Assembly: GCF_006345805.1 (NCBI RefSeq)
Contig: NC_043010.1
Location: forward strand, 65,968,001-66,032,000
Length of the DNA: 64,000 nt
Direction: 5' to 3'
From: Octopus sinensis
Taxonomy: Eukaryota
Shown: positions 47,363 to 60,766 of the stretch, piece by piece
Layout: every line of letters begins with the position of its first letter
How positions within the stretch are numbered: position 1 is the stretch's first letter
Notes under the pieces: model-generated
What the model was told of the DNA's origin: nothing
Seen by the model: only the letters and a program-made list of their open reading frames with translations
Databases searched by the model: none
Made by a program: the position numbers and the translations under genes

Positions 47363-48275
47363 TACCCCTTGTTTCCGACCCTGACTCCAGAGTCTTGTTA
47401 TTAAGCTTGTAGAAGGTGGCTGACATAGCAAAATGTTTAGTGGTATTTTGTCTGTCTATATGTTCTGAGTTCAACTTCCACCGAGGTCAGCTTTACCTTT
47501 CATCCTTTCAGGGTCAATAAAATTGCTGGCCTTGTATCAAAATTTGAAACCAATGTTTTCTGTTTCACCCACAAAATGTACCCTTTTACAAATTTTCCTT
47601 TCAGTACCCTCTTTAACTTGTCCTATGTTACCCCAATTTTTAAAAACCCTCTTGTCACTGCTATATTTCTATTGAAATATGCAGCCCTGAGTTTAAATTA
47701 ATTTTGAAATTAATGAAAATCTTAGTGAAATAACTGCTGTTATTAAGTTTGCAGAAGGCAGCTGGTGTACGTGCATGCGTGCATGCGTGTGTGTGTGTGT
47801 GTGTATGTGTGTGTGTGTGTGCACATGCATGTGTGTGTGGATGGTAATCATGCCAATCCCAGCCACACTCTCAATGGTTGGCCACATCTCACACAGAATG
47901 TTTGCCAAACAAAATCAGAACCAAGCAGAAAGATCCGGAAGGAGTGGAGTTTGTTGCAGTGCACTGGTAACACCAACCAGTAATACAGTGGGGGGTAGCA
48001 AATGAGCATCACATCATGCAAGTGGTGTCCTTCGTTTCCAGTAGTCTGAGAGAAAAAAAAAGCATCTAGTCGTGGGGAAATATTAGCTCATTTGGCAGAC
48101 AGGTGAAGGTTGGTGACAGAGAGAGCATCCAGCCGTAGAAAATTAGTCCTCACCAAATGAATTTATGTTCATATTGGATGCAAAGGGAAATGACTATTTT
48201 ATGGTGCTTTTTGACAATGAGATTGTAAATGTTATTGAGTGAGACACTAACAATTGTACAATTTTTTCTACTTAT

Positions 48276-48504
48276 TTAACCCTTTTATTACCATATTTAT
48301 TTTGAGATGCTCTGTGTTTCTTTCAATTATTTTAAATATAACAGAGAATTTACTAAAATAACTTAGTTACCATTAAGCTAGTGTTAGGAACATAAATTGT
48401 GACTAAGGTTTGGTAGAAGATTTTAATTCAAGACTTAAGAAAACAAGACATTTGTACTACAGAGCCAGAGGCGGTTTTGGCCAGGCTGGTAATGAAAGGG
48501 TTAA
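48276..48504. mobile_element. piggyBac-like MITE
   Basis: ttaaccctttt ... aaagggttaa; body matches 40217. Confidence 0.8.
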
Positions 48505-49719
48505 AGTGAAAATATGTATAAAAATTACTGTTAAGAAAAAGATATCTCTTTTTGCTTTCTGTCCATTTGGCACACACATTCATGGAACTGTTTCCAGCTG
48601 TTTAATCCTTGGCATTTAATCCACCCATATCCAGCCCAAATATTCTACAAGTTTTATGTTTAAAACTGACCACATTCAACCTCTCACACCTACCCTACAA
48701 TGTCATTCTAAAAATATAGAAACACACCATTGAAATCTTGAAGCTACAAGATGATCTGTGAATAATTCAAAACAATATGAATAAATAAGCCACATATTTG
48801 ACAAAGAAATCTGAATGCTAAAGGGTTAAGGGTTAATCAGCAGAAATTTTATAGAGACACAAGGCTTAAGGGTTTTGTGCCTGACACTAATCAAATCAAC
48901 AGGTATGTGGGTGCAAACAGGAAAATTAGAACTCAAATTCTAAGGTGGCGAGCTGGCAGAATCGTTAGCACACCAGGCGAAATGCTTAGCGGTATTTCAT
49001 CTGCCGCTACGTTCTGAGTTCAAATTCTGCCGAGGTCGAATTTGCCTTTCATCCTTTCTGGGTTGATTAAATAAGTACCAGTTACGCACTGGGGTCGATA
49101 TAATCAACTTAATCCATTTGTCTGTTCTTGTTTGTCCCCTATATGTTTAGTCCCTTAAGGGTAGTAAAGAAATAAGAACTCAAATTATGAGTATTATTAC
49201 TCTTTTATTTGTTTCACTCATTTGACTGTGGCCATGCTGAAGCACTGCCTTTAGTCAAACAAATCGACCCCAGGACTTATTCTTTGTAAGCCTATTGGTC
49301 TCTTTTGGTGAGCAACTAAGTTACAGGGGATATAAACACACCAGCATCAGTTGTCAAGCGATGCTAGGGGAAGAAACACAGACACACTAACATACACATA
49401 CATATATATACATACATATAAATATATATATACGACAAGCTTCTTGGAAGTGTTATCGTGTACATTGTTTTGTCATGGTATAAAAGATAAGCTACCGCAA
49501 ATATTCTGCTCAATACCACAGACTTGCTTGTCAGTTGTTGAGCATGTCCCTTAGCGCTGTTTATCTTGATATGAGATCACCATGTCGCACACATATGGTT
49601 GTGATGCATGTGCCTGGTGTACCCTTATCAGTCGGGTAGTCATGGTGGGTATACTGGACTTCGTATATTTTACCCCAGTGTCACTTTGATGGCATGCATT
49701 GCTCTCTCACACAATAGTG

Positions 49720-49755
<36 letters not shown>

Positions 49756-50251
49756 ATCCTTTCTAGTAAAGGCAAAATGCTTGAAATTTTAGGGGAGGGG
49801 ACTAGTCAATTACATCAACCCCAGTATTTCACTGGTACTTAGTTTATCGACCCCAAAAGGATGAAAGGCAAAGTCAACCTTGGTGGAATTTGAACTCAGA
49901 ACGTAAGGATAGATGAAATGCCACTAAGCATTTCATTTGCCACCTTAAAATAATAATAATAATAAGGATTTCTTTATTAACCACAAAGGGTTTACATTAA
50001 GAAAAACATTATGGACAGTACAGGACAAATAACAATTCTTTCTGCTATAGGCACAAGGCCCGAAATTTTGGTGGGTGGAATATAGTCAATTACATCGATC
50101 CCATTCCTCAACTGGTATTTATTTCATTGACCCCAAAAGGAAAAAAAAGATAAAGTCGACCTCGGTGGAATTTGAACTCTGAACATAAAACTGGAAGAAA
50201 TATTTCAAAGCATTTTACCCAGTATGCTAACGCCTCTGCCATCTCACTGCC

Positions 50252-50347
<96 letters not shown>

Positions 50348-50348
<1 letters not shown>

Positions 50349-51167
50349 TTGTTCTTTTATTGGCCACAAGGGCTAATATAAATTATACATTTGCGTTGGT
50401 GGTGTAACGGTTAGCATGGTTGCCTTCCAAGCAGTCGATCCGGGTTCAACTCCCGGCCGACGCATAGCTTTCGTTTGCCAGGTGGTGCTATTAAGTTAGA
50501 CATGGCCTGGGCCAATACTGGCCAAAACCTTTCTAAGTTATATGTTATACATAAAAGGACATGCAACAACATAAAAGACAAGATGATACAAAGGGTTTTC
50601 TGCGTGTAAACAATAAAAAAACAATAAGAATCAAACAATATAAAACTCCCAAAAGGGGAGGCGTTTTAAGGCTACTTGTGGAAAACCCTACAAAAGTCGC
50701 GGGTGCCTGACCAACAAAGCAAAAGACCTTCTTTTATTTTTTTTCATATGTGCATACTCAGAATTGGTCCTTTCACACTGACCGTTTTCCCAACATTCAC
50801 GCTCCTTTCAACAAATTTGCTTGAAGGCAACACTTCCTCTTTGAAAAGGAAAGTGAGGGTGGACGCCTTGGCCAAAGAGGGAAAAGTCTGTCTTTAGCCC
50901 TTTCAAACGTGTCCACAATACTACCTCTTTTGCTACAGTCACCAGACAAATATAAATTGCTTGCCCCTCCTGGCCAAAGGAGGGTGGCGGGGTAATCTCC
51001 ACTATGGATCCAGCTGATAGCCAGATCCATCCTACACGCGACAGTAGATGTTCAACATAAATCCACAGGTCAGCAATGCTCAGGCACTGGACAAGTGCAT
51101 GCAGAACGGTTTCATTGCTCTGAGCACACCTCAAGCAGGCCCAGCTGATGGCACTTCAGTGCTTGTA
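50348..51167 (-). mobile_element. 5'-truncated Tx1/L1-like LINE with an antisense tRNA-Gly in its 3' UTR
   Basis: Peptide CLRCAQSNETVLHALVQCLSIADLWIYVEH (CxxC...ETxxHxxxxC...W Zn finger); homologous to 3650-4636; tail ttagcccttgtggccaataaaagaa then (ATT)n. Confidence 0.78.
50393..50464 (+). tRNA. tRNA-Gly (anticodon TCC)
   Basis: 72 nt GCGTTGGTGGTGTAACGGTTAGCATGGTTGCCTTCCAAGCAGTCGATCCGGGTTCAACTCCCGGCCGACGCA; acceptor, D, anticodon and T stems all pair; A and B boxes present; only T3 runs follow, so the terminator is weak. Confidence 0.92.
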
Positions 51168-51200
<33 letters not shown>

Positions 51201-51774
51201 CATCATCATCATCATCCTTTATACGAAAAGCACAAGACCTGAAATTTTAGGGGAGGGGATTGGCCAATTACATCGACTCCAGTGCTCAACTGTTACTTAT
51301 CTCATTAACCCTGAAAAGATGTAATGGAAATTGAATCTCCATGGAATTTGAACTCAGAACATAGATGCCTCTAAGCATTTTGTCTGGTGTGCTAACGGTT
51401 CTGCCAGCTCACTATCTTGATGATGATGGTGGTGGTGGTGATGGTGGATTGTGGTGGTGGTGCTGGTGGTGGTGTTGGTGGATGGTGGTGATGGTGGTGG
51501 TGGTGGTGGTGGTGGTGGTGGTGGTGGTGGTGGTGGTGGTGATGGTGGTGGTGGTGGTGGTGATGGTGGCGGTGGTGATGGTGGTGGTGGTGGTGGTGGT
51601 GATGGTTTCTAACTTAGGTGTATAGGTACATCATTAAACACCGCTAGGTATTTGGCACGAGGCCACAGATTCTGAAGAAAGTTTGTAGTTGATTTAATCA
51701 ACCCCAGTGCTTAACTGCCATTTATTTTTATCGAACCTCGGAAGAATGAAACGTAGAGACAACCTCAGCAGCAA

Positions 51775-51807
<33 letters not shown>

Positions 51808-52049
51808 GATTTGAACACACAATTGTAAAAAGATATTTTACATTCTCATGTTAAAAAAAAAAAAAAAATTTTTTTAAATAGGAAAAAAAAAAAATTTTTA
51901 AATAGGAAAAACAAAAAATTTTTAAATAGGAAAAACAAAAAATTTTTAAATAGGAAAAAAAAAAAAATTTTTTTCAAATAGGAAAAAAAAAAACTATCCA
52001 AACACAAACAAGTCTCCCTGTCTGATTCCTTACTGTGTCTGAAATTCAC

Positions 52050-52200
52050 CACAAATAATAAGAATCTAGCCAACAGCTGCTCCACGTTGAAAGTATTTCC
52101 TGGATCTGAAGAGAAAGCCAAGTCTCTTCGGTGCGCTTTTGGCAATGTTTAAGTACAGGAGGTCTTTAACGCGAGCTTGCCGACGATGATTAGTTCAAGC
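52050..52200 (-). mobile_element. degraded LINE RT C-terminal fragment (Jockey/CR1-like)
   Basis: Minus-strand peptide NIAKSAPKRLGFLFRSRKYF. Confidence 0.5.
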
Positions 52201-52574
52201 CATGGGTGATGGAGGAGTGGCAGAAAAGTAAAAATATTTGGCACCTGAATTAGATTCTTCTCTCCTCCTGGCACCAATTTTCCCAGGTAAATAATTCTCA
52301 AGAATAGATACATCGTATATAATGAATTCTATACAAATACATTCTTTTGCTTGTTTGTTTCAATCATTTGACAGCGGCCACGCTGGAGCACCGCCTTGAA
52401 GGGTTATTTTAGTCGAACAATTTGACCCCCAGGACTTACTATTTTTAAGCCTCGTACTTATTCTATTGGTCTCTTTTGCGGAACCGCTAAGTTACAGGGA
52501 CGTAAACACACCAACACCAGTCATCAGTGGTAACGGTGGGGACAAAGACACACACACATATAGATATATACATA

Positions 52575-52663
<89 letters not shown>

Positions 52664-52665
52664 CA

Positions 52666-52776
<111 letters not shown>

Positions 52777-52780
52777 ATAC

Positions 52781-52820
<40 letters not shown>

Positions 52821-52824
<4 letters not shown>

Positions 52825-53158
52825 TCATCATCATCATCATCGTTTAACGTCCGCTTTCCATGCTAGCATGGGTTGGACGGTTCAACTGGGGTCTGGCAAG
52901 CCCGAAGGCTGCACCAGGCCAGTCAGATCTGGCAGTGTTTCTACAGCTGGATGCCCTTCCTAACGCCAACCACTCCGAGAGTGTAGTGGGTGATTTTATG
53001 TGCCACCGACACAGGTGCCAGACGAGGCTGGCAGACGGCCACGCTCGGATGGTGTTTTTTATGTGCCACCGACACAGGTGCCAGACGAGGCTGGCAGACG
53101 GCCACGCTTGGATGGTGTTTTTTATGTGCCACCGACACAGGTGCCAGACGAGGCTGGC
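52821..53158 (-). mobile_element. family D SINE with about 2.6 internal 63-bp tandem repeats
   Basis: tttatgtgccaccgacacaggtgccagacgaggctggc x3. Confidence 0.85.
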
Positions 53159-53234
<76 letters not shown>

Positions 53235-53294
53235 CAAGCTTCTTTCAGTTTCCGTCAACCATATCTACTCACAGGACTTTGGTCAGCCAGCTGC

Positions 53295-53800
53295 TATACA
53301 GGTTGTGGAAGATGTGGACAATTTTTATCCGACATAGGCAAAGATGGCAGCAAAATATGTGATGTGAGCAGAAGAATCTGTAAAGCAGGGACCATATTGC
53401 AGCATATGAACCAAACCTGAGCAATAATAAGTAACAGTACTGACATGAAGGTTTGGCTAAATGATGGATGCTATAGTTCTACAAATGGTTTTGAAACTTA
53501 GAGAATGTCACCAGCAAAGGCGGGGGAGAAACTACATACGTTACATCAACAATGGTATGATAAAATTACAAATGAGGAAATCCTTCTTGGAGGCAAATCC
53601 CAACCTCTGAAAGACGGTGCTGCAGCTGCATTGGTTTTTTGCCTGGTAGGTCATATTTGGAGCCTGCCAGTCAATCAGTTGGATTGCAAAAATTGCAGTG
53701 ATATGAACAATGGAAGAAGGAAAATGAAAAAAAAGAAGAGAAATAAAAATGGTAATCCAAGAAACATGGAACTGGACATTCCAAGATCTCAAATCTCAAA
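53295..53800 (+). mobile_element. degraded RTE-like LINE 3' fragment
   Basis: IGKDGSKICDVSRRICKAGTILQHMNQT* and downstream WYDKITNEEIL resemble the post-RT region of RTE elements. Confidence 0.55.
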
Positions 53801-54784
53801 GAAGAGGCGGCGAGCTGGTAGAAACGTTAGCATGCCGGGCCGAAATGCTTAGCGGAACTTTGTCTGCCATTACGTTCTGAGTTCAAATTTCGCCGAGGTC
53901 AACTTTGCCTTTCATCCTTTCGGAGTTGATAAATTAAGTACCAGTTGCACACTGGGGATTAATGTAATCAACTTAATCACTTTGTCTGTCCTTCTTTGTC
54001 CCCTCTGTGTTTAGCCCCTCATGGGCAATATAGAAATAAGATCGCAAATCTCAAATGCATGAGAACTAGTTGGGGAGAAATACAAAGATGAGATGCCGAT
54101 GGTGGAGCTGGTGTCGCATAAAATGCACCCAGTACACTCTATAAAATACAACTATGCTTGGGAACATGCTTGAATCCATAAGAAAGTCATTCACCATGTA
54201 CTGCCATTGAGAAAATTTCTTGCTGTAGATAAATGGCGTAAATACACCTTACATCAGCTCACAGTGCCACCTACCCTGACTGTGAGATGCAAGCATTTTG
54301 GAGTGATTATCTCCTCTTTCCAGTCACAGAAACCAGACAAGGTGCAATGGAAGCTGATAACAGACTTGCCTCTTTTGTGATATTCCAGTCATCGTATAAT
54401 GACTGGTATGGCTAATCGGTTGCTCACCGTAAACAAATTACAAAGTAGCAGCATTAAGCAGTGATGAGTATAAATACAAAGTCATTACCAGTTCAACCAT
54501 GCTTGTGGCATATTCGAAACCGTGAGAAAGCCATTCACTGCGTATTGCCATGGAGAAAATTTCTTGCTGTATATAAATGGTGTAAATACACCAAAAAATC
54601 AGCTCACAGCACTCTATAAAGTGGTTGATGTTAGGAAGGGCATGTAACCATAGAAACCATTCCAAAGCTGACAGCAGAGCTTAGCACAGTCCTGTCAAAC
54701 TCCTGTTAGCATGGAAACCAGCATTAAGTAATGATGATGATGATGAGATGCATACATGTATACCAAACATATTTGTGTCTGTGC

Positions 54785-54828
<44 letters not shown>

Positions 54829-54840
54829 TATATATATATT

Positions 54841-55185
54841 TTATATTATATTGAGGGTACTACTATTCGTAGATACCAACACGCTAAGAGGGACCAGTGC
54901 GGTCAAAACTACTAAAAATAAACAAAATTTTACCGAATGCAAAACTTCAAAACACATCATTTTAAAAAAGAATTCAGTTACATATCACATGTGATTTCGC
55001 ATTTAATGCAGAATATGCATTTCATGTTCGTCAGTGCAACAAACTCAAGAAATATAAGAAAAAACATAACATTACAAACTCGATAGCCAACCATAGAATT
55101 CGTCGTTTTTTTAGTAGTTTTGACCGCATTGGTCCCTCTTAGCGTGTTGGCATCTATGAATAGTAGTACCCTCAATATAATATAA
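54841..55185. repeat. foldback with about 78-bp inverted arms next to Penelope RT debris
   Basis: tatattgagggtactactattcgtagataccaacacgctaagagggacc... is inverted at 55107-55185. Confidence 0.85.
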
Positions 55186-55307
55186 ATGAATATTTTTAAA
55201 GAGGAAGAATTTACGGATTTTTTCTCTTACGAGGTTTTTCACGCTGACTACTGATAATTTCTTTTAAAGATTTTATCCTCAATTGTTAAAAAAAAAAAAA
55301 ATATATA

Positions 55308-55339
<32 letters not shown>

Positions 55340-55379
55340 GCATATGTGTGTGTGCACAAGAGAGGTTGGCAAAAAAGCC

Positions 55380-55995
55380 AAACTCATTATCATCAATTCA
55401 GGGTCACCTAGTGAATTCCTTGAAGTTTTGCAAAAACCAACAAAATCAGCAAAATTTCCACCATAGATGTCAAAAGCCTTTTCATCAATGCCCCAGTAAT
55501 GGAAATTATACGATATAATATGAGGTAAAGTGTACACACATCATGCCAAAAAACCACCTGCTATGCTGTGATATATCATGAAAAAGTTTCTTTTGGCCTG
55601 CACAACTGAAGTTCCCAAAGTAATTCATACATACAGTGCATGGGATAGCTATGGGTTCTCCCTTTAGGCTCACATTTGCTACATATTATACGGTAAGCAT
55701 GGAAGATAAGTTGTTCGTGAGAATAATCACACTATTTACACCAAATATGTTGGCAACAAATTCATGATGACAGATACCAATAAACAGGCTGAAAGATCTT
55801 GAAATTAACTCTATCCTTACATTCACAAACCAACAATAGCTCTCAGCTCTCAGATAAATCCAAATCATAGCACTACTTATCAATGCAGCAATAAGGAACA
55901 TGGTTTATAACACTTCAGTTCATACAAAAAGAAAATACTAAACAAATGCTTATATTTGCACAGTACCAATGAATGCCCCCATAGATACAACATAA
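55380..55995 (+). mobile_element. decayed Penelope-like retroelement RT fragment
   Basis: Broken peptides FLLACTTEVP, YIQ..GIAMGSPFRLTFA, TSVHTK and CLYLHSTNECPHRY. Confidence 0.65.
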
Positions 55996-55999
55996 AAAA

Positions 56000-56320
56000 C
56001 GATAAATGTCGCCCTTTTCAAGCCTAGCCAGGCTCATGGGCCTGTTTTCGTGGTTTCTGTGGCATATGTGCCCCCCCCCCCCAGCTGGATGAGACGCCAG
56101 TCCATCACAGCATTACTCAAGAAACAAGAAGAGAGAGTGAGAGAAAGTTGTGGCGAAATAGTACAACAGGGGTCACCACCCCCACCTCCCTGCCGGAGCC
56201 TCGTGGAGCTTTTAGGTGTTTTCACCCAATAAACACACACAATACCCAGTCTGGGAATCAAAACCGCAATCCTCCGACCGCGAGTCCGCTGCCCTAACCA
56301 CTGGGCCACTGCGCCTCCAC
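56000..56320 (-). mobile_element. family C SINE with 14-bp TSD atagatacaacata
   Basis: TSD at 55981-55994 and 56321-56334. Confidence 0.88.
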
Positions 56321-56851
56321 ATAGATACAACATAGAGTGTTTAAATCACTTCTTAGATGAGTGTTTAAACTTTCATATACTAACAAATCCTTAACTCTCA
56401 TTTAAACTGGCCATGTCAGGCCCAAATATTCTACCCGTTTTATGTTGAAACCAGCCAGAACCAGCTTCTCACAGCTACCCTACGAAAATTGTGAAGCTAC
56501 AAGATAATGCATAATTAATTCAAAACAATATGCATAAATAAGCATCACATTAGGAAAAGTAATCTGAATGGTTAAAGGGTTAAATAATGGAATCCTACAT
56601 GTAGAACAGATTAGTAAATAATGGGTGCCTTAATACGTTAGTAGACCCGGTCATGTAATAAGAATCAGCCACACAGCCACTCCTACACCTTGTAGGAGTG
56701 GCTGAGTGTTAAGTAGCTTGCTTATCAACTACATGGTTTCGGGTTCAGTCCCACTGCATGGCACCTTGGGCAAGTGTCTCCTACTATAGCCTCAGGCCAA
56801 CCAAAGCCTTGTGAGTGGATTTGGTAGATGGAAACCGAAAAGAAGCCCGTC

Positions 56852-56883
<32 letters not shown>

Positions 56884-58215
56884 TTGTGTATGTTTGTGAG
56901 TCTGTATTTGTTCCCCGCAACATCGCTTGACAACCAATGCTGGTGTGTTTACATCCCCGTAACTTAGCGGTTCTGCAAAAGAGACGATAGAATAAGTACT
57001 AGGCTAACAAAGAATAAGTCCTGGGGTCAATTTGCTCGACTAAAGGCGGTGCTCCAGCATGGCCACAGTCAAATGACCGAAACAAGCAAAAGAGTAAAAG
57101 AGTATCATCATCATCATCATCATCATTCAATACAGTGGTTCTCAACGTTGACCATGGGAAAATTTTGAGGATGCCTGAGAAAATTCTGAGAGGGCCTTGG
57201 AAATTTTCTGGATTGGAAACAAACTATTTTTAGTATTCAATTTGTAGTCTTGACCAGCATTGCCAGAAGATTTTTTTCCAAAACATTCAAATTGATAACG
57301 TAATTGAAAAACACCAACTGAAACGTGGTCATTAAATAGCTTCTTCATTTCTTATGAATAAAAATGTAAATATACTTTTACAGTTTGTAAGGGAAATAAC
57401 TATATAAGCATTTTTAGAGATGTAAAGTATAATAGCCATCTCAATATGGCTAACCACAAAGGGGGGGGGGTTACTGTAGCTTTTTGCGTTCTGAGATTTA
57501 ATAATACATTTTTAGAGAGTTACTTCCCTTATATAATAGCAAAAAAAATGCATTAAAAATGGGGGAAAATGATGGTAAATTTTTTTTTAAATCGTAGACT
57601 CATGCTAATACCCAGAAGGGCTCGATATGAATCACAACTATAAGATACCCGCTTTTGTGGGAGTAGTTAGGAATGTAAATCGTAGGAGACAGACACACAA
57701 CTTCATTTTTATATATAAAGATTTTTTCCTGCAGATTCTATAAACAAGAAGATATTATAACACTGACATAGTATTAATTTAATGATTCTGGTTGTATCCG
57801 TACATGAAGCTGGCATGTGGAAACAATTACTACTTTATGGGGTTTATATTCTGGAAGAGGGTCAGATATCTAACTGGTCTAGTCGTCAGTGGGGCTGGGA
57901 CTTTTTGATCATAAAAAGTAGGCACAAAGGTGAAAAAGATTCAGAACCACCGGTTTAACGTCCACTTTTTCGTGCCTGCATGGGTTAGATGGAGGTTACA
58001 TGAGGCAGATTTTTCTATGGCTGGATGCTCTACCTGCCACCAACCCTTGCCTGTTTCCAAGCAAGGTAATTTTTCCCCATGGCCAGACAGGTTTTTATAG
58101 TATATATTGGAAATGAATGGAACTGCTTCTATGACATTGACACTCACAACTATCACATCCTGTCAAGACAAGAAGACACAAACATATACACACATACGTA
58201 CATACATACACATGC

Positions 58216-58248
<33 letters not shown>

Positions 58249-58924
58249 TACATACATACATATACATACATATATATATGTATATATATGATATATGTAT
58301 GTATATGATGGGCTTCTTTCAGTTTCCGTCATCCACATTCACTCACAAAGCTTTGGTCAGCCTGGAAGAAACGTTGGCAGGCTGGGTGAAATGCTTAGCA
58401 GTATTTCGTCTGTCTTTATGTTCTGAGTTCAAATTCCGCCAAGGTTGACTTCGCCTTTCATCTTTTCAGGGTCAATAAATTAAGTACCAGTTGTGCGCTG
58501 GAGTCAATCTGAGTTCAAATTCCGTCGAGGTTGACTTTGCCTTTCATCCTTGCAGAGTCGATAAAGTAAGTACCAGTACTGGAGTTAATATAATTGAATG
58601 GCCCATCCCCCAAAATTTCAGGCCTTGTGCCTAGAGTAGGAAAGAATATAACATATGTGTGCATGTGTGTGTATATATATATTCTTTTATTCATCTAATT
58701 GTTTCACTCATTTGACTGCAGCCATGCTGGAGCAATGCCTTGAAGCACTTTTAGTTAATAACTGCAGGACTAATTTTTTTAAGCCTAGCACTTATTCTAT
58801 CAGTCTTTTTGCCAAACCGCTAATTTACAGGGACATAAACACACCAACACCAGTTATCAGGCAGTGGTGGGAAACTAACACAGACTCAAAGACACACACA
58901 CATAGATATATACATATACATATA

Positions 58925-58992
<68 letters not shown>

Positions 58993-59177
58993 ATATATAT
59001 ATATATATATATGACGGATTTCTTTCAGTTTCTGTCTACCAAATCCACTCAAAGCTTTGTTCGGCCCAAGACAATAGTAAAAGACATTTGCCCAAGGTGC
59101 CACGTAGAGGTATTGAACCCAGAACCATGTGCTTTGGAAGCAAGCTTCTTACCACACAGTCTACACTTATGTGTCAG

Positions 59178-59560
59178 TGGAGGCGCAATGGCCCAGTGGT
59201 TAGGGCAGCGGACTCGTGGTCAAAGGATCGCGGTTTCGATTCCCAGACCGGGCGTTGTGAGTGTTATTGAACGAAAACACTAAAGCTCCACGAGGCTCCG
59301 GCAGGGGATGGTGGTGATCCCTGCTGTACTCTTTCACCACAACTTTCTCTCACTCTTACTTCCTGTTCTGTTGTTACCTGTATTTCAAAGGGCCGGCCTT
59401 GTCAACTCTCTGTGTCATGCTGAATATCCCCGAGAACTATGTTAGGGTACACGTGTCTGTGGAGTGCTCAGCCACTTACACGTTAATTTCACGAGCAAGC
59501 TGTTCTGTTGGTTCGGATCAACTGGAACCCTCATCGTCGTAACCGATGGAGTGCTTCCAT
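59178..59560 (+). mobile_element. family C SINE with TSD acacttatgtgt
   Basis: TSD at 59163-59174 and 59563-59574. Confidence 0.85.
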
Positions 59561-60004
59561 CCACACTTATGTGTGTGTGTGTATATATATATAAATCAAA
59601 GGTAAAAAACACAACAAACGGAAATCGTCAATATATAACCAGCAGGAAAAGAACGATAGCTCAACAACGGCAAACAGAATAAAACAAGATACACGGATCA
59701 TTCGAAGCCAATTGCTTCTTCAGTCAGAGTCTGGAACGTCCACGTAGTTTCGCCCAATCGTCTCCGACATTACTCGAAACCGGTTGGGCCAAAGGCTTTT
59801 AAGCTGAAGGCATTGAGGCCCTGAGCAAGTCAAAAGAATGTACATATACAAACACAAGGAAATAAGAAGCAGAAAGGGTCTTTTGACCATTGGACGAACG
59901 TAACATAAGAAATAGATTTATACATATATAATGGACAAAAGCCTTTTGGCTATACAACAAAAATGAAACAAAACAGAGACTTTCGACTACATATTATATT
60001 ATAT

Positions 60005-60047
<43 letters not shown>

Positions 60048-60097
60048 ATATATATACATATATATATACATATACATACATATACATATATATATAC

Positions 60098-60140
<43 letters not shown>

Positions 60141-60186
60141 CATATATATATACATATACATATATATATATATCTATATATTATTA

Positions 60187-60335
60187 AAAGCAGCAGAAAA
60201 TTCAACAAAACCTGTTACTCTGAGTTTCCCGTTGCCGTTCATCGGACAGTTTTTGCTAGAATTTAGCAAAAACTGTCCGATGAACGGCAACAGGAACCTC
60301 AGAGTAACAGGTTTTGTTGAATTTTCTGCTGCTTT
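60187..60335. repeat. near-perfect 150-bp palindrome made of two inverted hammerhead-like motifs
   Basis: Each arm reads CTGT CCGATGA ACG gcaa Cnn GAAn C tcaga G TA ACAG. Confidence 0.8.
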
Positions 60336-60719
60336 AAATAAAGCATATTACTCTACCACTGGTATTTGAGTACTCTTTTTTCCACCTTGTTTCACATTTA
60401 TATGTTTACTCCGGTATATATATATATATATATATTGGCAGAACCCTCTGGTTCGTCTGGTCTTGTTAAACTGTCCAACTCATGCCAGCATGGAAAAAGG
60501 GACAGCAAATGATGATACACACACATACACACACACACATGCATACATTCAGACTCATACACACATATGTGCACATACACGTGTAAACATACCTAAATAT
60601 GTACAAACATATATACACACACACGTACATACATACACACAGACAGACAAATATAAATACATTTGTATATTTATATATACATACGTAACCATACACACCC
60701 ACACACACATGGCCTACAA

Positions 60720-60766
<47 letters not shown>

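Noticed and set aside
59178-59255. tRNA-Arg-like sequences here and at 8141, 21661, 27720 and 33130
   Set aside because: These are SINE heads; the acceptor stems do not close and each continues into the SINE body.
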